A stretch of 64,000 bases of DNA, from IMG/VR virus record IMGVR_UViG_3300028840_006732; one strand, written 5' to 3'. The notes under the pieces were generated by a model. It was not told the DNA's origin and ran no database searches. It saw only the letters and a list, made by a program, of their open reading frames with translations. Shown here one piece after another: positions 1 through 9,622 of the stretch (the stretch's first letter is position 1; each line of letters starts with the position of its first letter). The DNA is from a virus (Duplodnaviria > Heunggongvirae > Uroviricota > Caudoviricetes). A program made the translations under genes and the position numbers.

Positions 1-41
1 CCCGGGCTGCTCGGGCGGGCGTCGAGGTCCATAATCTCAGC

Positions 42-395
42 ATGCACGGATGGCCCCGGCTGATCCTGGGTGTCCACCCCGACGTGGCCGCCCAGTGCTT
101 CGCCAATGTCGATCGCGCTGGATCTGCCGTGGTCTTCGACGTCCTGGCGGAGCCTGACCCAGAGGCCTCGGTGGCGATGGAGCCGCAGTCGTGGCGTGCC
201 CATAAACGGTGCATCGTCGAGCTGCGGCAGACGCATCCTTCCCTGGCCATCTTCGTGAGGGTCGGCCCCGACGACACAGACAACGTCGCACGGGAGCTGG
301 ACCCGTACGACATTGTCGTGGGTCCTCGGGGGGAGAGGATCGAGGGCCGCTTCAGCGAGGTCTATGGTATCACGCTGCCGGGGGTGTTATGGTAG
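42..395 (+). CDS. hypothetical protein, possibly 5'-truncated by the window edge (frame is open back to position 3)
   Basis: ORF has high GC3 codon bias typical of the window. No upstream stop before the window start. No recognisable domain. Confidence 0.4.
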   Translation: MHGWPRLILGVHPDVAAQCFANVDRAGSAVVFDVLAEPDPEASVAMEPQSWRAHKRCIVELRQTHPSLAIFVRVGPDDTDNVARELDPYDIVVGPRGERIEGRFSEVYGITLPGVLW

Positions 396-490
396 AGAAG
401 CATCGTGCGTCCTACCTCTTGTTCTGGCCAGTGATCATCGGTATGGTGGTCCTCGCGGCCTGGTTGTACTGGAAGACAGCAATCCCCTGA
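389..490 (+). CDS. possible small single-pass membrane peptide (MVEKHRASYLLFWPVIIGMVVLAAWLYWKTAIP)
   Basis: In-frame ATG overlaps the stop of the upstream ORF. Hydrophobic helix in the product. Weak RBS. Confidence 0.3.
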   Translation: MVEKHRASYLLFWPVIIGMVVLAAWLYWKTAIP

Positions 491-496
491 AGGGAA

Positions 497-516
497 TCTC
501 AAAACCGCTTTTGAGA
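497..516. repeat. palindromic motif TCTCAAAACCGCTTTTGAGA (copy 1), 15 bp upstream of the GTG start at 532
   Basis: Exact 8-bp inverted arms (TCTCAAAA/TTTTGAGA) around a CCGC centre. The same core recurs at 18840, 30751 and 56412. Confidence 0.7.
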
Positions 517-531
517 ACTCGGAGGCAACCC

Positions 532-1035
532 GTGAAACGACGCGACTTCCTCACGCAAGGCGTGACCTGTGCTGCGGCTCTCGGGGCCGTGGCTTTCACT
601 CCTCCTTTACTTGCCGGCCCGAAGAAGAAGCGGCCCAAGCCTAAGAGCGTCCAGGAGGCGGCAGCCCGTGATGCCTTCCGTCTTAGCCGCGACGAGGCGG
701 AGCAGACGATCGCGAAGATGGAAAAGGTCTTTGACGAGCACGGCATCCCGATTCGGCCCCCCAAACCTTTCGGCATGCAGCGCGAGTGGGAGTGCATCAC
801 CACGCCCACCTTCGTCATCTCCAACGTCGAAGACCTGCACGACTGCGTCCGCACCGGCATCGGCGATCTGCTGGCCGAGGTGAAGCGGCAGTTGGACAAC
901 GGCCGGATGCTGACCGGGATCACCATGCCCACGGTCGTGTCGAGTCCTTTCACCACCAAAAGGGGACTTCGCTACTTCATTGCCGACAAGCTCCAGGTCC
1001 ACGTCTACATCCACGCCACGTACGACCAGTCTTAG
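532..1035 (+). CDS. secreted hypothetical protein with twin-arginine (Tat) signal (VKRRDFLTQGVTCAAALGA)
   Basis: GTG start 6 nt after GGAGG (521-525). RRDFL plus AxA signal motif. High GC3. Confidence 0.55.
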   Translation: MKRRDFLTQGVTCAAALGAVAFTPPLLAGPKKKRPKPKSVQEAAARDAFRLSRDEAEQTIAKMEKVFDEHGIPIRPPKPFGMQREWECITTPTFVISNVEDLHDCVRTGIGDLLAEVKRQLDNGRMLTGITMPTVVSSPFTTKRGLRYFIADKLQVHVYIHATYDQS

Positions 1036-1102
1036 CAAGCTGCCGTTGATCTAACAACCCGCCCCGGGGACAATGGGTTGAGTTCAGCAAAGGAGTGCTA
1101 CC

Positions 1103-1348
1103 ATGAAGGCAAGATGGATCGCGGCCGTGTTCGGCCTCGTGCTCCTGGCAGTCGGGTTCTTCCTGTCTTCGGTGGGCGATCCGGTCGAGGAGCAGCCTTG
1201 CTGCCCTTTGCCCGACGCGGCCGATGAGCCGGGAGGCATACCGCAACTCCAACCAGTGAAGGAGGAAGAAGACCTACCACCACCGTCTGCCCCGGTCCAG
1301 CTCGGAGGCCCGGAGATGGCAGCCGAAGACACCCCAAGCACTCCGTAA
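1103..1348 (+). CDS. small secreted/membrane protein with N-terminal signal peptide and an acidic Pro-rich tail
   Basis: AAGGAG RBS at about 1090. Hydrophobic N-terminus (IAAVFGLVLLAVGFFL). Confidence 0.5.
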   Translation: MKARWIAAVFGLVLLAVGFFLSSVGDPVEEQPCCPLPDAADEPGGIPQLQPVKEEEDLPPPSAPVQLGGPEMAAEDTPSTP

Positions 1349-1678
1349 ACCACCGAGGCGAGACAGTGGGTCGTCGGCGCCAGGTGGGTTTTTCGGGAGC
1401 CCAACCACACCGGCGATCGTCACGGTTGACGACGTTCGGGACGTTGATCGTGGGCCGTGCCCGGAAGAAATCCTGGCTGACACGGTCCCTATGGTTGGTT
1501 GTTGGCGACGGGCTTACGGGATTTCTGTCTCCGGGGCTCCTTCGTCCCTCCGATCGCGGAACCAGGCTCCTCTACCGACTAGGTGGTGGAGGTCGGCAAG
1601 GGCCGACGAGGGCTGCAATGCCCTGGTGCAACCAATCACTCGCCTTTTGTTACCTTTCCAACTTCAAGGAGTAGTACC

Positions 1679-2053
1679 ATGAAAAAGTATGCCATTCTGT
1701 TCCTCGCGTTCGTCGCCATCTTGGCCTTCGCCGCCGTCTCGCACTCGCAGTGTGTGGGAGGCGCCTGCCCGGTGGGCGGCCCCGCGGTCGTTACCTCGGG
1801 TGGCGGCGGCTACCACGGCTGCCTGTTCATCCGGCGTGCCCCGGTGAGGCGAGCGGTCGCCCGCGTGATCGAACGCCGGCCGGTGAGGCGAGCAGTCGCC
1901 CGCGTGGTTGAACGTCGCCCGGTGAGGAGCGCAGTCGCCCGCGTGATCGAACGTCGCCCGGTGAGGAGCGCAGTCGCTCGCGTACTCGAACGCCGGCCGG
2001 TGAGACGGGCGCTTGCGCGTCCCTTCCGCGGCCGGTGCTTCCGTTGTCGCTAG
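1679..2053 (+). CDS. secreted repeat protein with signal peptide and 5 tandem 13-aa repeats (RRPVRRAVARVIE)
   Basis: AAGGAG RBS 7 nt upstream of the ATG. Signal peptide MKKYAILFLAFVAILAFAAVSHS. 39-bp DNA tandem repeats. Confidence 0.6.
   Translation: MKKYAILFLAFVAILAFAAVSHSQCVGGACPVGGPAVVTSGGGGYHGCLFIRRAPVRRAVARVIERRPVRRAVARVVERRPVRSAVARVIERRPVRSAVARVLERRPVRRALARPFRGRCFRCR
1826..2022 (+). repeat. 5 tandem copies of an approximately 39-bp coding repeat inside CDS 1679..2053
   Basis: Repeated unit cggtgaggcgagcggtcgcccgcgtgatcgaacgccggc with minor variants, read directly from the sequence. Confidence 0.7.
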
Positions 2054-2080
2054 TCAACCTTGCTTCTCGGAGGCAGCCGT

Positions 2081-2926
2081 ATGAGACCAGAACCCAAGTT
2101 CTTCGAGGTCAGCCAGCTTCGGCAGCCCGATGCCTCGCTGGAGCCGACGCTGGCTGAGATCGACTGTCGGATGCCCTCGGGGCATCCCTACAAGGACAGC
2201 CGCCACGTCACCTGGGCCCACGAGACCACGCACGGTCTCAACGGCCGCCTCCGCAACCAGCACGTGCAGCTTATCGGCATCAAACAGGGTTTCACTACCC
2301 GGGGTATCGACACTCTGGGCTTGCCGCCGGGCGTCGAGTTCGACTACCGCCTGCCGATTCCCGGCCCGGTGATCAACGAGCGGATCAAGCTGGGCCACAT
2401 CAACGCCTGCTACTGCCTGGCTGGCCGGGGCTGGCGTCACGAGGAGCCCAGTTTCAAGCTCAACGACATCGCCCAGGCGGTGCCCCAGGAGCTGCGCGGG
2501 ATGAGCTACCAGCTCTACCTGGTTCAGCAGCAGCAGTATTGGAACAACGAGCCGCTCTACGTCTTTGACGAGTGGAGCGCGTATCTCAACGGCCTGTCCA
2601 CGGCCCTGGACCACGACGACGGTGGCGACGGCCAGTTCAGCGATCTCTTGCAGGCCATCGAGTTCATGGGCTACAGTTACGTCCTGGCGGAGGTGGCCGA
2701 AGACCGAAGCCAGATTGACAACAACGTGCTCGATCTGATCTGCTTCCAGACAATGCGGACGTTCGAGCTGTTCGAGAAAGCCAAGGGAACGCGGCTCCGT
2801 GAGAGCCGCTGTGAGGAACACATCAAGAAGGTCGTCGCCCATGCTACGGAGCTTGCCGAGAAGTACATGGGGCTGTTTTTCGTCAACGAGATCCTCAAGC
2901 AGCAGCCTTTCTGGGGTCTCTTTTAG
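2081..2926 (+). CDS. hypothetical protein
   Basis: GGAGG RBS at 2069-2074. High GC3. No recognisable domain. Confidence 0.55.
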   Translation: MRPEPKFFEVSQLRQPDASLEPTLAEIDCRMPSGHPYKDSRHVTWAHETTHGLNGRLRNQHVQLIGIKQGFTTRGIDTLGLPPGVEFDYRLPIPGPVINERIKLGHINACYCLAGRGWRHEEPSFKLNDIAQAVPQELRGMSYQLYLVQQQQYWNNEPLYVFDEWSAYLNGLSTALDHDDGGDGQFSDLLQAIEFMGYSYVLAEVAEDRSQIDNNVLDLICFQTMRTFELFEKAKGTRLRESRCEEHIKKVVAHATELAEKYMGLFFVNEILKQQPFWGLF

Positions 2927-2950
2927 CTCATTCACTCTGAGAGGGTTATC

Positions 2951-3502
2951 ATGGTCGCCGCCTGGCTCGTCCCGATCATAATCATCCTGATGGCGGCTGT
3001 TGCCGTCGTCGCCTACCAGCAGGGCCGTGCCCGCCGAAGCGAGGAGTTCGGTAAGGCCGTGGCCCGGCAGGCCGAGGATCACGAGAAGCGGTACCAAGAG
3101 CTGGAGATCCGCTTCAGCGAAGCCCGGCAGGCACACGCCGAGGACTTGGAGCACGAGCGGAAAACGGTGGAAGAGAAGCAGCGCATGGTTGAGGAGCTGC
3201 AACAAAAGGTCCTCGGCCTGGCGCAGGAGCTGGATCGCTCTGCCGAATCAGTCAAGCAGTCCCAGACGATGCTCGATCAACTGCGTGAGGACAACGACCA
3301 GTTGCGAGCCCAGGTCGGCCAGATTGAGCGCCGCATCAAGGCCGGAATCGCCGTGCTGCTGGACCGGGACGGCGTCTACGACGTGGACGTGGAAGATCCT
3401 CCCGACCTACAAGACGTGTTCGGTCCGGGGGACCTGGTGCTCGACGATGAGGGCGAACCCCATCCCGTGCTCCCGGACGGCAGCGTCGACGTGTCCGGTT
3501 AG
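2951..3502 (+). CDS. membrane-anchored coiled-coil protein (N-terminal TM helix, then charged heptad-like region)
   Basis: TM segment AAWLVPIIIILMAAVAVVAY. Long E/R/Q-rich helical region. Confidence 0.55.
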   Translation: MVAAWLVPIIIILMAAVAVVAYQQGRARRSEEFGKAVARQAEDHEKRYQELEIRFSEARQAHAEDLEHERKTVEEKQRMVEELQQKVLGLAQELDRSAESVKQSQTMLDQLREDNDQLRAQVGQIERRIKAGIAVLLDRDGVYDVDVEDPPDLQDVFGPGDLVLDDEGEPHPVLPDGSVDVSG

Positions 3503-3510
3503 TTTCAGCG

Positions 3511-3561
3511 GTGTTGTATAACAGATTTGTTATTTCACGATTCACCCGTTGGGTGAAATAA
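3511..3561. promoter_or_regulatory. AT-rich intergenic region with nested palindrome TTATTTCAC-n14-GTGAAATAA (inner TCACCC-GTT-GGGTGA). Candidate operator/promoter or terminator hairpin.
   Basis: The only strongly AT-rich stretch in the neighbourhood. Inverted repeats seen directly. Lies between a stop at 3502 and the next RBS. Confidence 0.4.
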
Positions 3562-3581
3562 CGAAGGAGGAAAAGGTGGGT

Positions 3582-4013
3582 ATGGCATCCGAGGTTACCG
3601 GTTCGCAGGCCCCGTTCGGGGCGCCCAAGGAAACTGCCGAGGTGACCGACCACAAGACGCGGTTCCTCGCTACCATCGAGACGATTGTCGAGGGGGCCAA
3701 GAAGCTCCGCGAGTTCTGCCCCCAGGAAGAGGAGATGTTCTTCAGCACCTCTATTCAAGGGGTCCGCCTGACCTGCTCGCAGAGCTGCCTGGAGATGGCA
3801 CACAAGATCTGGGCGGAGACGGCGCCCAACCCTTGGGGACCTCGGAGCATGCTCGGCCTCGGCCAGTGTCCTCCGGGTGCCGTGGCTGCGGGCGGCATCA
3901 CCCGCGAGATGCTAGAACAGATGAAGAAGAGGCAGGCCGGTCTGCGGGAGACTGCCACGGCCGGCCCGGTTCCCGAAGCGGAAGGAGGCAAGGAGGACGA
4001 TGGATCGGCATGA
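3582..4013 (+). CDS. hypothetical protein
   Basis: AAGGAGG RBS at 3564-3570. Alternative TTG/GTG starts at 3549/3576. Confidence 0.5.
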   Translation: MASEVTGSQAPFGAPKETAEVTDHKTRFLATIETIVEGAKKLREFCPQEEEMFFSTSIQGVRLTCSQSCLEMAHKIWAETAPNPWGPRSMLGLGQCPPGAVAAGGITREMLEQMKKRQAGLRETATAGPVPEAEGGKEDDGSA

Positions 4014-4551
4014 CAACCCTCGTATCGTGGAGGTAAGGACCTTCAAGGACTTCCGCGGCCAGCTCACCGAGGCCTTCCACGAGGAGCGAGACTTGGGGAT
4101 CGGTGAGATCAAGCAGACCCTTTGCTCCATGTCCAAGAGCAACGTCGTCCGCGGCCTCCACTACCAGTGGCCCAACCCGATGGGCAAGCTGGTGATGTGC
4201 GTCTCCGGCCAGATCATCGACGTCGTCCTCGACATCCGCCGGGGCAGCAACACCTTCGGACAATCTTCGGCCTGGGCGTTGGGCCCGTATCAGCGGGAGG
4301 CGTTGTGGGTGCCGCAAGGCTTCGCCCACGGCTTCATGGCCCTCACCAACAACGCGGTCGTGCTCTACTTCTGCGACCAAGTCTTCGACCCGCAGTGCGA
4401 TCGGGCGATCAACGCTTTTGATCCCTCTCTCAGCATTGCCTGGCCGCCGGCAACCGGATCGGCCGAGGCCAAACACATTCAGAGCGACAAGGACGCGGAC
4501 GCTCCCATGCTCAAGGATGTACCCGAACGCCATCTTCCCGGACTGGTTTGA
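4000..4551 (+). CDS. rmlC: dTDP-4-dehydrorhamnose 3,5-epimerase-like cupin (RmlC family)
   Basis: Motifs RGLHYQ, KLVMCVSGQIIDVVLDIRRGSNTFGQ and WVPQGFAHGF match the RmlC fold signature. Confidence 0.8.
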   Translation: MDRHDNPRIVEVRTFKDFRGQLTEAFHEERDLGIGEIKQTLCSMSKSNVVRGLHYQWPNPMGKLVMCVSGQIIDVVLDIRRGSNTFGQSSAWALGPYQREALWVPQGFAHGFMALTNNAVVLYFCDQVFDPQCDRAINAFDPSLSIAWPPATGSAEAKHIQSDKDADAPMLKDVPERHLPGLV

Positions 4552-4568
4552 ACTCAGGAGACGATGAC

Positions 4569-5198
4569 ATGGATCAGAACGAGGCGGCGTCCAACCGGCG
4601 CCAGCTCCTGGGGAACACAATCATGGCCGGCTTAGGCTACCTGGCCGGCGTGTTCTCCGGCTGGAAAATCTGGGGTAGCAGCGCAGTTCACGGCCCCGTC
4701 GATGACGACAAGCCGAAGCCCAAGCCGGACCCGGATGGGCAGATCGAATCGTCGTCCGCAGAGGCGATCAAGCGCCTGCGAGGCGTCCCGATCGTGGACA
4801 AGGAGTTTGGCAGTTGCGGCTACATGTCCGCTGGGCGACTGTGGGTGGAGTTTACCCAGGATCTCGTGCGAGACACAGGGCAGGGCACGGTGATCGGGCA
4901 CGTGCCTCACCTGCTGATTCGCATGCGGGGTATTCCCCTGAAGGACAGTAGCTCGCATGGCCACTTCCTCATCCACAGGGTGCTGTCGGATAGCCGCAGC
5001 GCCCTTGAGGCTCGGGATCTTCTCCTCTCGATCCGCAACGCCTACGACGTCACCCCCGAGGAGAGGTTCCTGCTGGAGGAAATGTCCAGGCGGATCAGCC
5101 TGGACATCGAGCCGGTCCCCACTCCGGAACCCATCGCCGAGCACTTGATCGCCCAGCACTTGCAGTATTTCATTCGCCCCCATCACCGCAGCGCCTAG
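4569..5198 (+). CDS. hypothetical protein with possible Tat signal (RRQLLGNTIMAGLGYLAG)
   Basis: AGGAG RBS 8 nt upstream. RR motif followed by a hydrophobic stretch. Confidence 0.5.
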   Translation: MDQNEAASNRRQLLGNTIMAGLGYLAGVFSGWKIWGSSAVHGPVDDDKPKPKPDPDGQIESSSAEAIKRLRGVPIVDKEFGSCGYMSAGRLWVEFTQDLVRDTGQGTVIGHVPHLLIRMRGIPLKDSSSHGHFLIHRVLSDSRSALEARDLLLSIRNAYDVTPEERFLLEEMSRRISLDIEPVPTPEPIAEHLIAQHLQYFIRPHHRSA

Positions 5199-5227
5199 CC
5201 GTTTCCCGGCCCCGGTAAGGAAGCCAA

Positions 5228-6355
5228 ATGATCAAGGCGGCCATGGTAACTCCGAACCTTACGCTTGGCGGTGCCGAGCGGTGGGTTGTGGACATGGTGA
5301 AGCACTCGGACCCTACTCGGGTGCGCTGGACGGGCGTGGCATGCAGCAGCTACGGAGGCTGCGACCAGAGCCTGGCCACGGAACTGCGAGCGCACGTGCC
5401 GCTGTATGCCAACCGTTGCCTGGGACGGCCGGCCCACGCCAAACCTTTCTTCTGGCCGGCAATCAAGGAGATCACCGGCCCCGACTTCCGGCTGACGGTC
5501 CAGGAGGCCTGCAAGGATGCCGACGTGATTGTCACCTGGGGCTCGCCGGACCTGAGCTACTTCCTCGGCCCTTTCAAGGTGCCCAAGATCGTCTGCTCCC
5601 ACACGACGCGGCGGGAGGACAAGCCTCGCCCCGTCACCGGGGTGACCCACCTGGCCGCCGTCTCCGAGGCGGCGATGAAATACTTCGACGGCCGCCAAGG
5701 GAACAATCTTCCTCGACGGGTGATCTACAACGGCGCCGATCCGGTCCGCTGCCGGGCAACTCGCACGCGGCGTGAAGTCCGTGCCGCTTGGAAGCTCACC
5801 GAGGGGCATGTCGTGGTCGGCTATCTAGGACGCCAGTCCCCGGAGAAGAATCCGCTGGCCCCGGCCGAAGCCATCTGCGAGATGCCCAGCAAGTACCACG
5901 CGGTCTACGTCGGCGTGGGACCGCAGGGAGACGGTGTCTGCGAGGACACATTCGCCTGGTGCGAGCATCACGTCCCGGGTAGATTTCACATGTTCCCTCC
6001 AACTGCGGCCGTGGGGAACGTGCTGGCCGGCTTCGACGTGCTCATGCTGGCCAGCTTTCGTGAGGCGTTCAGCTTGACGCTCATCGAGGCGTGGCTGGCC
6101 GGCGTCCCTGTTGTGGCAACTCCCGTGGGGTCTGTGCCGGAAGTCCAGCGGCGGTTTGGGGACATGGTGTTTCTCGTTCCTTGCAAACCGACGCCCGAGG
6201 AGCTGCGGCTGGCGATTACGATGGCCACTACGCGGCCGTTGCGAAGGAGGATCGTCGAGAGGGCGCAACGGGTCGCCCTGGAGCATTTCACGGTTCGGAA
6301 GATGGTCGAGCGTTGGACGACCTATCTTGAGGAGGTGGTGAGTGGCCGATGCTAA
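5228..6355 (+). CDS. glycosyltransferase family 1 (GT4-like, GT-B fold)
   Basis: N-terminal GGAERWV. C-terminal EAFSLTLIEAWLAGVPVVATPVGSVPE, typical of the GT1 EX7E region. Confidence 0.8.
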   Translation: MIKAAMVTPNLTLGGAERWVVDMVKHSDPTRVRWTGVACSSYGGCDQSLATELRAHVPLYANRCLGRPAHAKPFFWPAIKEITGPDFRLTVQEACKDADVIVTWGSPDLSYFLGPFKVPKIVCSHTTRREDKPRPVTGVTHLAAVSEAAMKYFDGRQGNNLPRRVIYNGADPVRCRATRTRREVRAAWKLTEGHVVVGYLGRQSPEKNPLAPAEAICEMPSKYHAVYVGVGPQGDGVCEDTFAWCEHHVPGRFHMFPPTAAVGNVLAGFDVLMLASFREAFSLTLIEAWLAGVPVVATPVGSVPEVQRRFGDMVFLVPCKPTPEELRLAITMATTRPLRRRIVERAQRVALEHFTVRKMVERWTTYLEEVVSGRC

Positions 6356-7169
6356 GCTAGAAGTGGTGATCCCCTGCTATCGGGACAAGACGCGACTGCG
6401 GTTTTGCATCGAGGGTCTTGCCCGCCAGGAGCCGCTTCCCGAGTTGGTTCGCTTCACCTGCGACGGCGGGGATCGGGACATTCAGGAGTGGCTCGACCGG
6501 GCCGTGGACGATCGCTTCGAGTACCGCTTCCACTACCTGGAGCCGGAGACGGAGCTGCGCCGCGAGGGGATCGCTTTGAACCTGGCCTTCCACTACTGCC
6601 GGGCGGAGCGGGCCTTGATCCTCTCCGACGACATGGTCTTGGCCCCCGGCGTACTGAAGGCCCACACCGAGGAGGCGGCCGACGACGAGGCCCTGGTGGG
6701 CATCCGCCGCAAGGTGGCCCTGCACAGCATCCCCACGTTGAGCCCCAGGAAGTGGACCTACGGCCAGCTCGATGCCCTTGTTTGGCGTCAGGACTCTCGT
6801 ATCGTACCGCCGGACAAGTTCCCCGGCGGCAAGCCCCTGAAGAACGGCCGCGGCTTCTTGGGCTGCCACGTGAGCGTCCCCATGCCCGCCGTGCGGAAGA
6901 TCGGTGGCTTCGATGCGATGTATTGTGGCGGAGGCTCCAGAGGTGACGTGGATCTCGGAGAGCGTCTGCTGGCCTCGGAGGTGAAGCTGATCGCGCGTCC
7001 CGATCTCTTCGCCTATCATTTGGACCACGACCCGACGTCCAACAAGCTGTCGCTGGTCGACCGCGCCGAGGCTTTGATGCAAACCTCAGCCAGGCGACGG
7101 ATTCGGGTCCGCAACTGTGGGCCAATCGAGACGTTGAAAGAAGACGAGAACCCCTGGTGGAATCAGTGA
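6342..7169 (+). CDS. glycosyltransferase family 2-like (GT-A fold)
   Basis: VVIPCYRD N-terminal motif and a DDMV DXD-like motif. GTG start 7 nt after GGAGG. Overlaps the upstream stop. Confidence 0.65.
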   Translation: MADAKLEVVIPCYRDKTRLRFCIEGLARQEPLPELVRFTCDGGDRDIQEWLDRAVDDRFEYRFHYLEPETELRREGIALNLAFHYCRAERALILSDDMVLAPGVLKAHTEEAADDEALVGIRRKVALHSIPTLSPRKWTYGQLDALVWRQDSRIVPPDKFPGGKPLKNGRGFLGCHVSVPMPAVRKIGGFDAMYCGGGSRGDVDLGERLLASEVKLIARPDLFAYHLDHDPTSNKLSLVDRAEALMQTSARRRIRVRNCGPIETLKEDENPWWNQ

Positions 7170-7170
7170 C

Positions 7171-7710
7171 ATGAAACTCCATCTAGGCTGCGGGGCGGTC
7201 CTCCTGAAGGGCTGGATCAACATCGACATCAAGGTGAAGCCCAGCGCCGACGACCCGATATGCTGGCGGCGAAATCTCTGCTACGGTCTCCCCATGATCG
7301 GCAACGGCAAGGTGTCCTTCATCCACAGCGAGCACTTCCTGGAGCATCTGACGCCCGACGAGAGCAGGCTGCTGTTGCATGATTGCCGTCGCGTGCTCAA
7401 GCCGGGCGGCGTGATCCGCACCGGCATGCCCTCGCTGGCGTATTCTGTTCAGCGATACTTGGACGGGACATGGCGGGAGATGTGGTGGGCCAAGAAGGAC
7501 GGAATCCAGACAGCCGCCGAGTATCTCAACTGCTGTTTCCGCTGGTGGGGTCACCGGTGGCTCTACGACGAGGAGGAGTTAGTCCGCCGGCTGAAGGAGG
7601 CCGGCTTCACGGAGACCCGTTCGGCCGTCTACCGGGAGAGCACTGTCCCCGAACTGCGCGATTTGGAGTCGCAGCAGACCACCACGGTGATCGTCGAGGC
7701 AGTCAAGTGA
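7171..7710 (+). CDS. class I SAM-dependent methyltransferase
   Basis: LHLGCG motif I and LKPGGVIRTG motif. Small size typical of Methyltransf_11/23. Confidence 0.7.
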   Translation: MKLHLGCGAVLLKGWINIDIKVKPSADDPICWRRNLCYGLPMIGNGKVSFIHSEHFLEHLTPDESRLLLHDCRRVLKPGGVIRTGMPSLAYSVQRYLDGTWREMWWAKKDGIQTAAEYLNCCFRWWGHRWLYDEEELVRRLKEAGFTETRSAVYRESTVPELRDLESQQTTTVIVEAVK

Positions 7711-7718
7711 GGTAGTCT

Positions 7719-8789
7719 ATGCTCCGCGTTGAAGTCCTAAATCGTCAGTCCCCGATGGACAAGTTCCACCTGGGGTGCCTCCAGACTCCGGAGATGAAGA
7801 AGTGCCTCCACGAGGCCGGGGTCGAGATGCGTTTCAGCCCGAGGACCGAGTATTTCACTCCCGACGTGGATGTAGCTGCCGTTTGTCTTCGCCGCGACGA
7901 CAAGGAGAAGTACGAGTCCATCCTGGAGAAGGCCCTCTCGCTCCCGCGACACGTGCCCATCTTGATGTGGGACTGGTCGGACTTCGCCGACGTCAGCAGG
8001 CGGGAGAGAAAGTGCCTGTTGTGCTACCGAGTCAGCGGTATCTACAAGTCGAAGCTCTTTCGCGATCTGTCGTTCTACCGGCGTGCGAATCCCAAGCTCA
8101 ACGACCAGTGGGAACAGCCTGGCGAGCATCATCGTATCTTCCGCCGGCTTTGTCCCGACCTCTACATGGAGGGAGATTTTGCCGAGCCGTTGCCTCTGGA
8201 TACGGGAAAGCTGGGGCTGTGGCCTTGCTCGGCTACCTGGCTGCGGATGCAGTATCTTCGGGAGAATGGACCGGAAGATAAGCCGATCGACGTATTCTTC
8301 GCTGGTACGACGAACTACGGGAAGACGCCGATCACCACACATCGTCGACTGTGCTGCGAGGCCATGGCCAGGCTGCCTGACAGTTGGAATGTCAAGGTCT
8401 TCGATAGCAGCCAGCAGTGGGTTCAGCAGCGGGACTACTTCAGACTCTGTCTTCAAAGCAAGATTTTCGTTTCGCCGTGGGGTTGGGGTGCCGCTTCGTA
8501 CCGAGACTTCGAGTCCGTCTTCTCGGCCGCCGCAATGATAAAGCCCCCGGCCGGGTTCATCCGCACTTGGCCCGACGTGCTTCCTTCGGCTATCACTTGC
8601 AATCCGGACTTCACCGACTTGCGGGAGCGCTGTGAAGAGGTGCTGGATACATGGGAGGATCGCCGCGAGGGCTTGTTGCGGGGCAGGGAGGAGATCCTCC
8701 AGGCGACGACTTCGGAGAAGGTTGCTCACTACCTGGCCGCACACTTTTATCGTGAGAGGGAGAATCTATGCCCGGAGTCAGGTGGGTGA
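7719..8789 (+). CDS. hypothetical protein (possible glycan-modifying enzyme)
   Basis: Long ORF with high GC3 in operon context. No confident motif. Confidence 0.55.
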   Translation: MLRVEVLNRQSPMDKFHLGCLQTPEMKKCLHEAGVEMRFSPRTEYFTPDVDVAAVCLRRDDKEKYESILEKALSLPRHVPILMWDWSDFADVSRRERKCLLCYRVSGIYKSKLFRDLSFYRRANPKLNDQWEQPGEHHRIFRRLCPDLYMEGDFAEPLPLDTGKLGLWPCSATWLRMQYLRENGPEDKPIDVFFAGTTNYGKTPITTHRRLCCEAMARLPDSWNVKVFDSSQQWVQQRDYFRLCLQSKIFVSPWGWGAASYRDFESVFSAAAMIKPPAGFIRTWPDVLPSAITCNPDFTDLRERCEEVLDTWEDRREGLLRGREEILQATTSEKVAHYLAAHFYRERENLCPESGG

Positions 8790-9622
8790 CCTATTGCTGG
8801 GGTGAATACCAGCAATACTTGCCGTTCTGGTTGTACTCGGTTCGTCGGGCCTACCCCGACCACGACGTCGTCGCCGGCGTGGAGGGGAAGTTGGAGCCGG
8901 AGATCGCGGCGGCTGTCGGGGATGTTATAAAGACGGTTCCGGCCCGGGGAGGCTGCGACATCATCGAGGAGGCTAACATCGCGCCCAAGGGCGTCCCCAA
9001 CAATCGCCTGCATGCGGTGCGTCTGTTTCTTCCACGCGGTTGGTTCGGCGACGGGGAGGCGTGCCTCAGCTCGGTGGACGTGCTGGTCATCCGCGGCCTC
9101 GACGACGTGATCGAGCAGCATCGTGCGTTGATGAAGCTGCTGGGCAGGCCCTACTCGAACATCCCCATGACCGGGGAGATCCCGGTCGAGGGGCCGTGGT
9201 ACAACACCACCTATCACTACTTTGCCGTGAAACCCTACTTCGAGAAGGTCGTCCCTATCCGCAGGGAGATGATCGGTGAGCGGCGCCTGCGTGATTGGTG
9301 CCAGCCCGAGACGTACACCTGGACCTACGGCTACGAAGGCTGGCTGTTGTACCGGATGCTCGCTCGGGCGTTCGGCCCGCCGCCCGATTGTGAAGGTGCT
9401 CCACCTCACATACCTACCAACGGTATTCATTGCCGCCGCTTCCGCAGCAGGCAGGACTGGCCGCGGTGGACGGTAGCCGGGGGGCTGATCCAGCAGGCTC
9501 ATGCACTGCTGGTGAGCCAGTTGGGGAATCGTATCCGGCTGCGAAGCTCGCCGAAGTTCAAGAAGCTGTGGCGGGCAGCCGTGCAGGATTTAACGGGAGC
9601 GATCAATGCTCATAGCAAGTGA
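8768..9622 (+). CDS. hypothetical protein
   Basis: Overlaps the upstream gene by 22 nt. High GC3. Confidence 0.55.
   Translation: MPGVRWVTYCWGEYQQYLPFWLYSVRRAYPDHDVVAGVEGKLEPEIAAAVGDVIKTVPARGGCDIIEEANIAPKGVPNNRLHAVRLFLPRGWFGDGEACLSSVDVLVIRGLDDVIEQHRALMKLLGRPYSNIPMTGEIPVEGPWYNTTYHYFAVKPYFEKVVPIRREMIGERRLRDWCQPETYTWTYGYEGWLLYRMLARAFGPPPDCEGAPPHIPTNGIHCRRFRSRQDWPRWTVAGGLIQQAHALLVSQLGNRIRLRSSPKFKKLWRAAVQDLTGAINAHSK

Noticed and set aside
1826-2022. CRISPR array
   Set aside because: The 39-bp repeats are contiguous, with no spacers, and lie in-frame inside a CDS. No other CRISPR-like repeat-spacer structure was found in the window.
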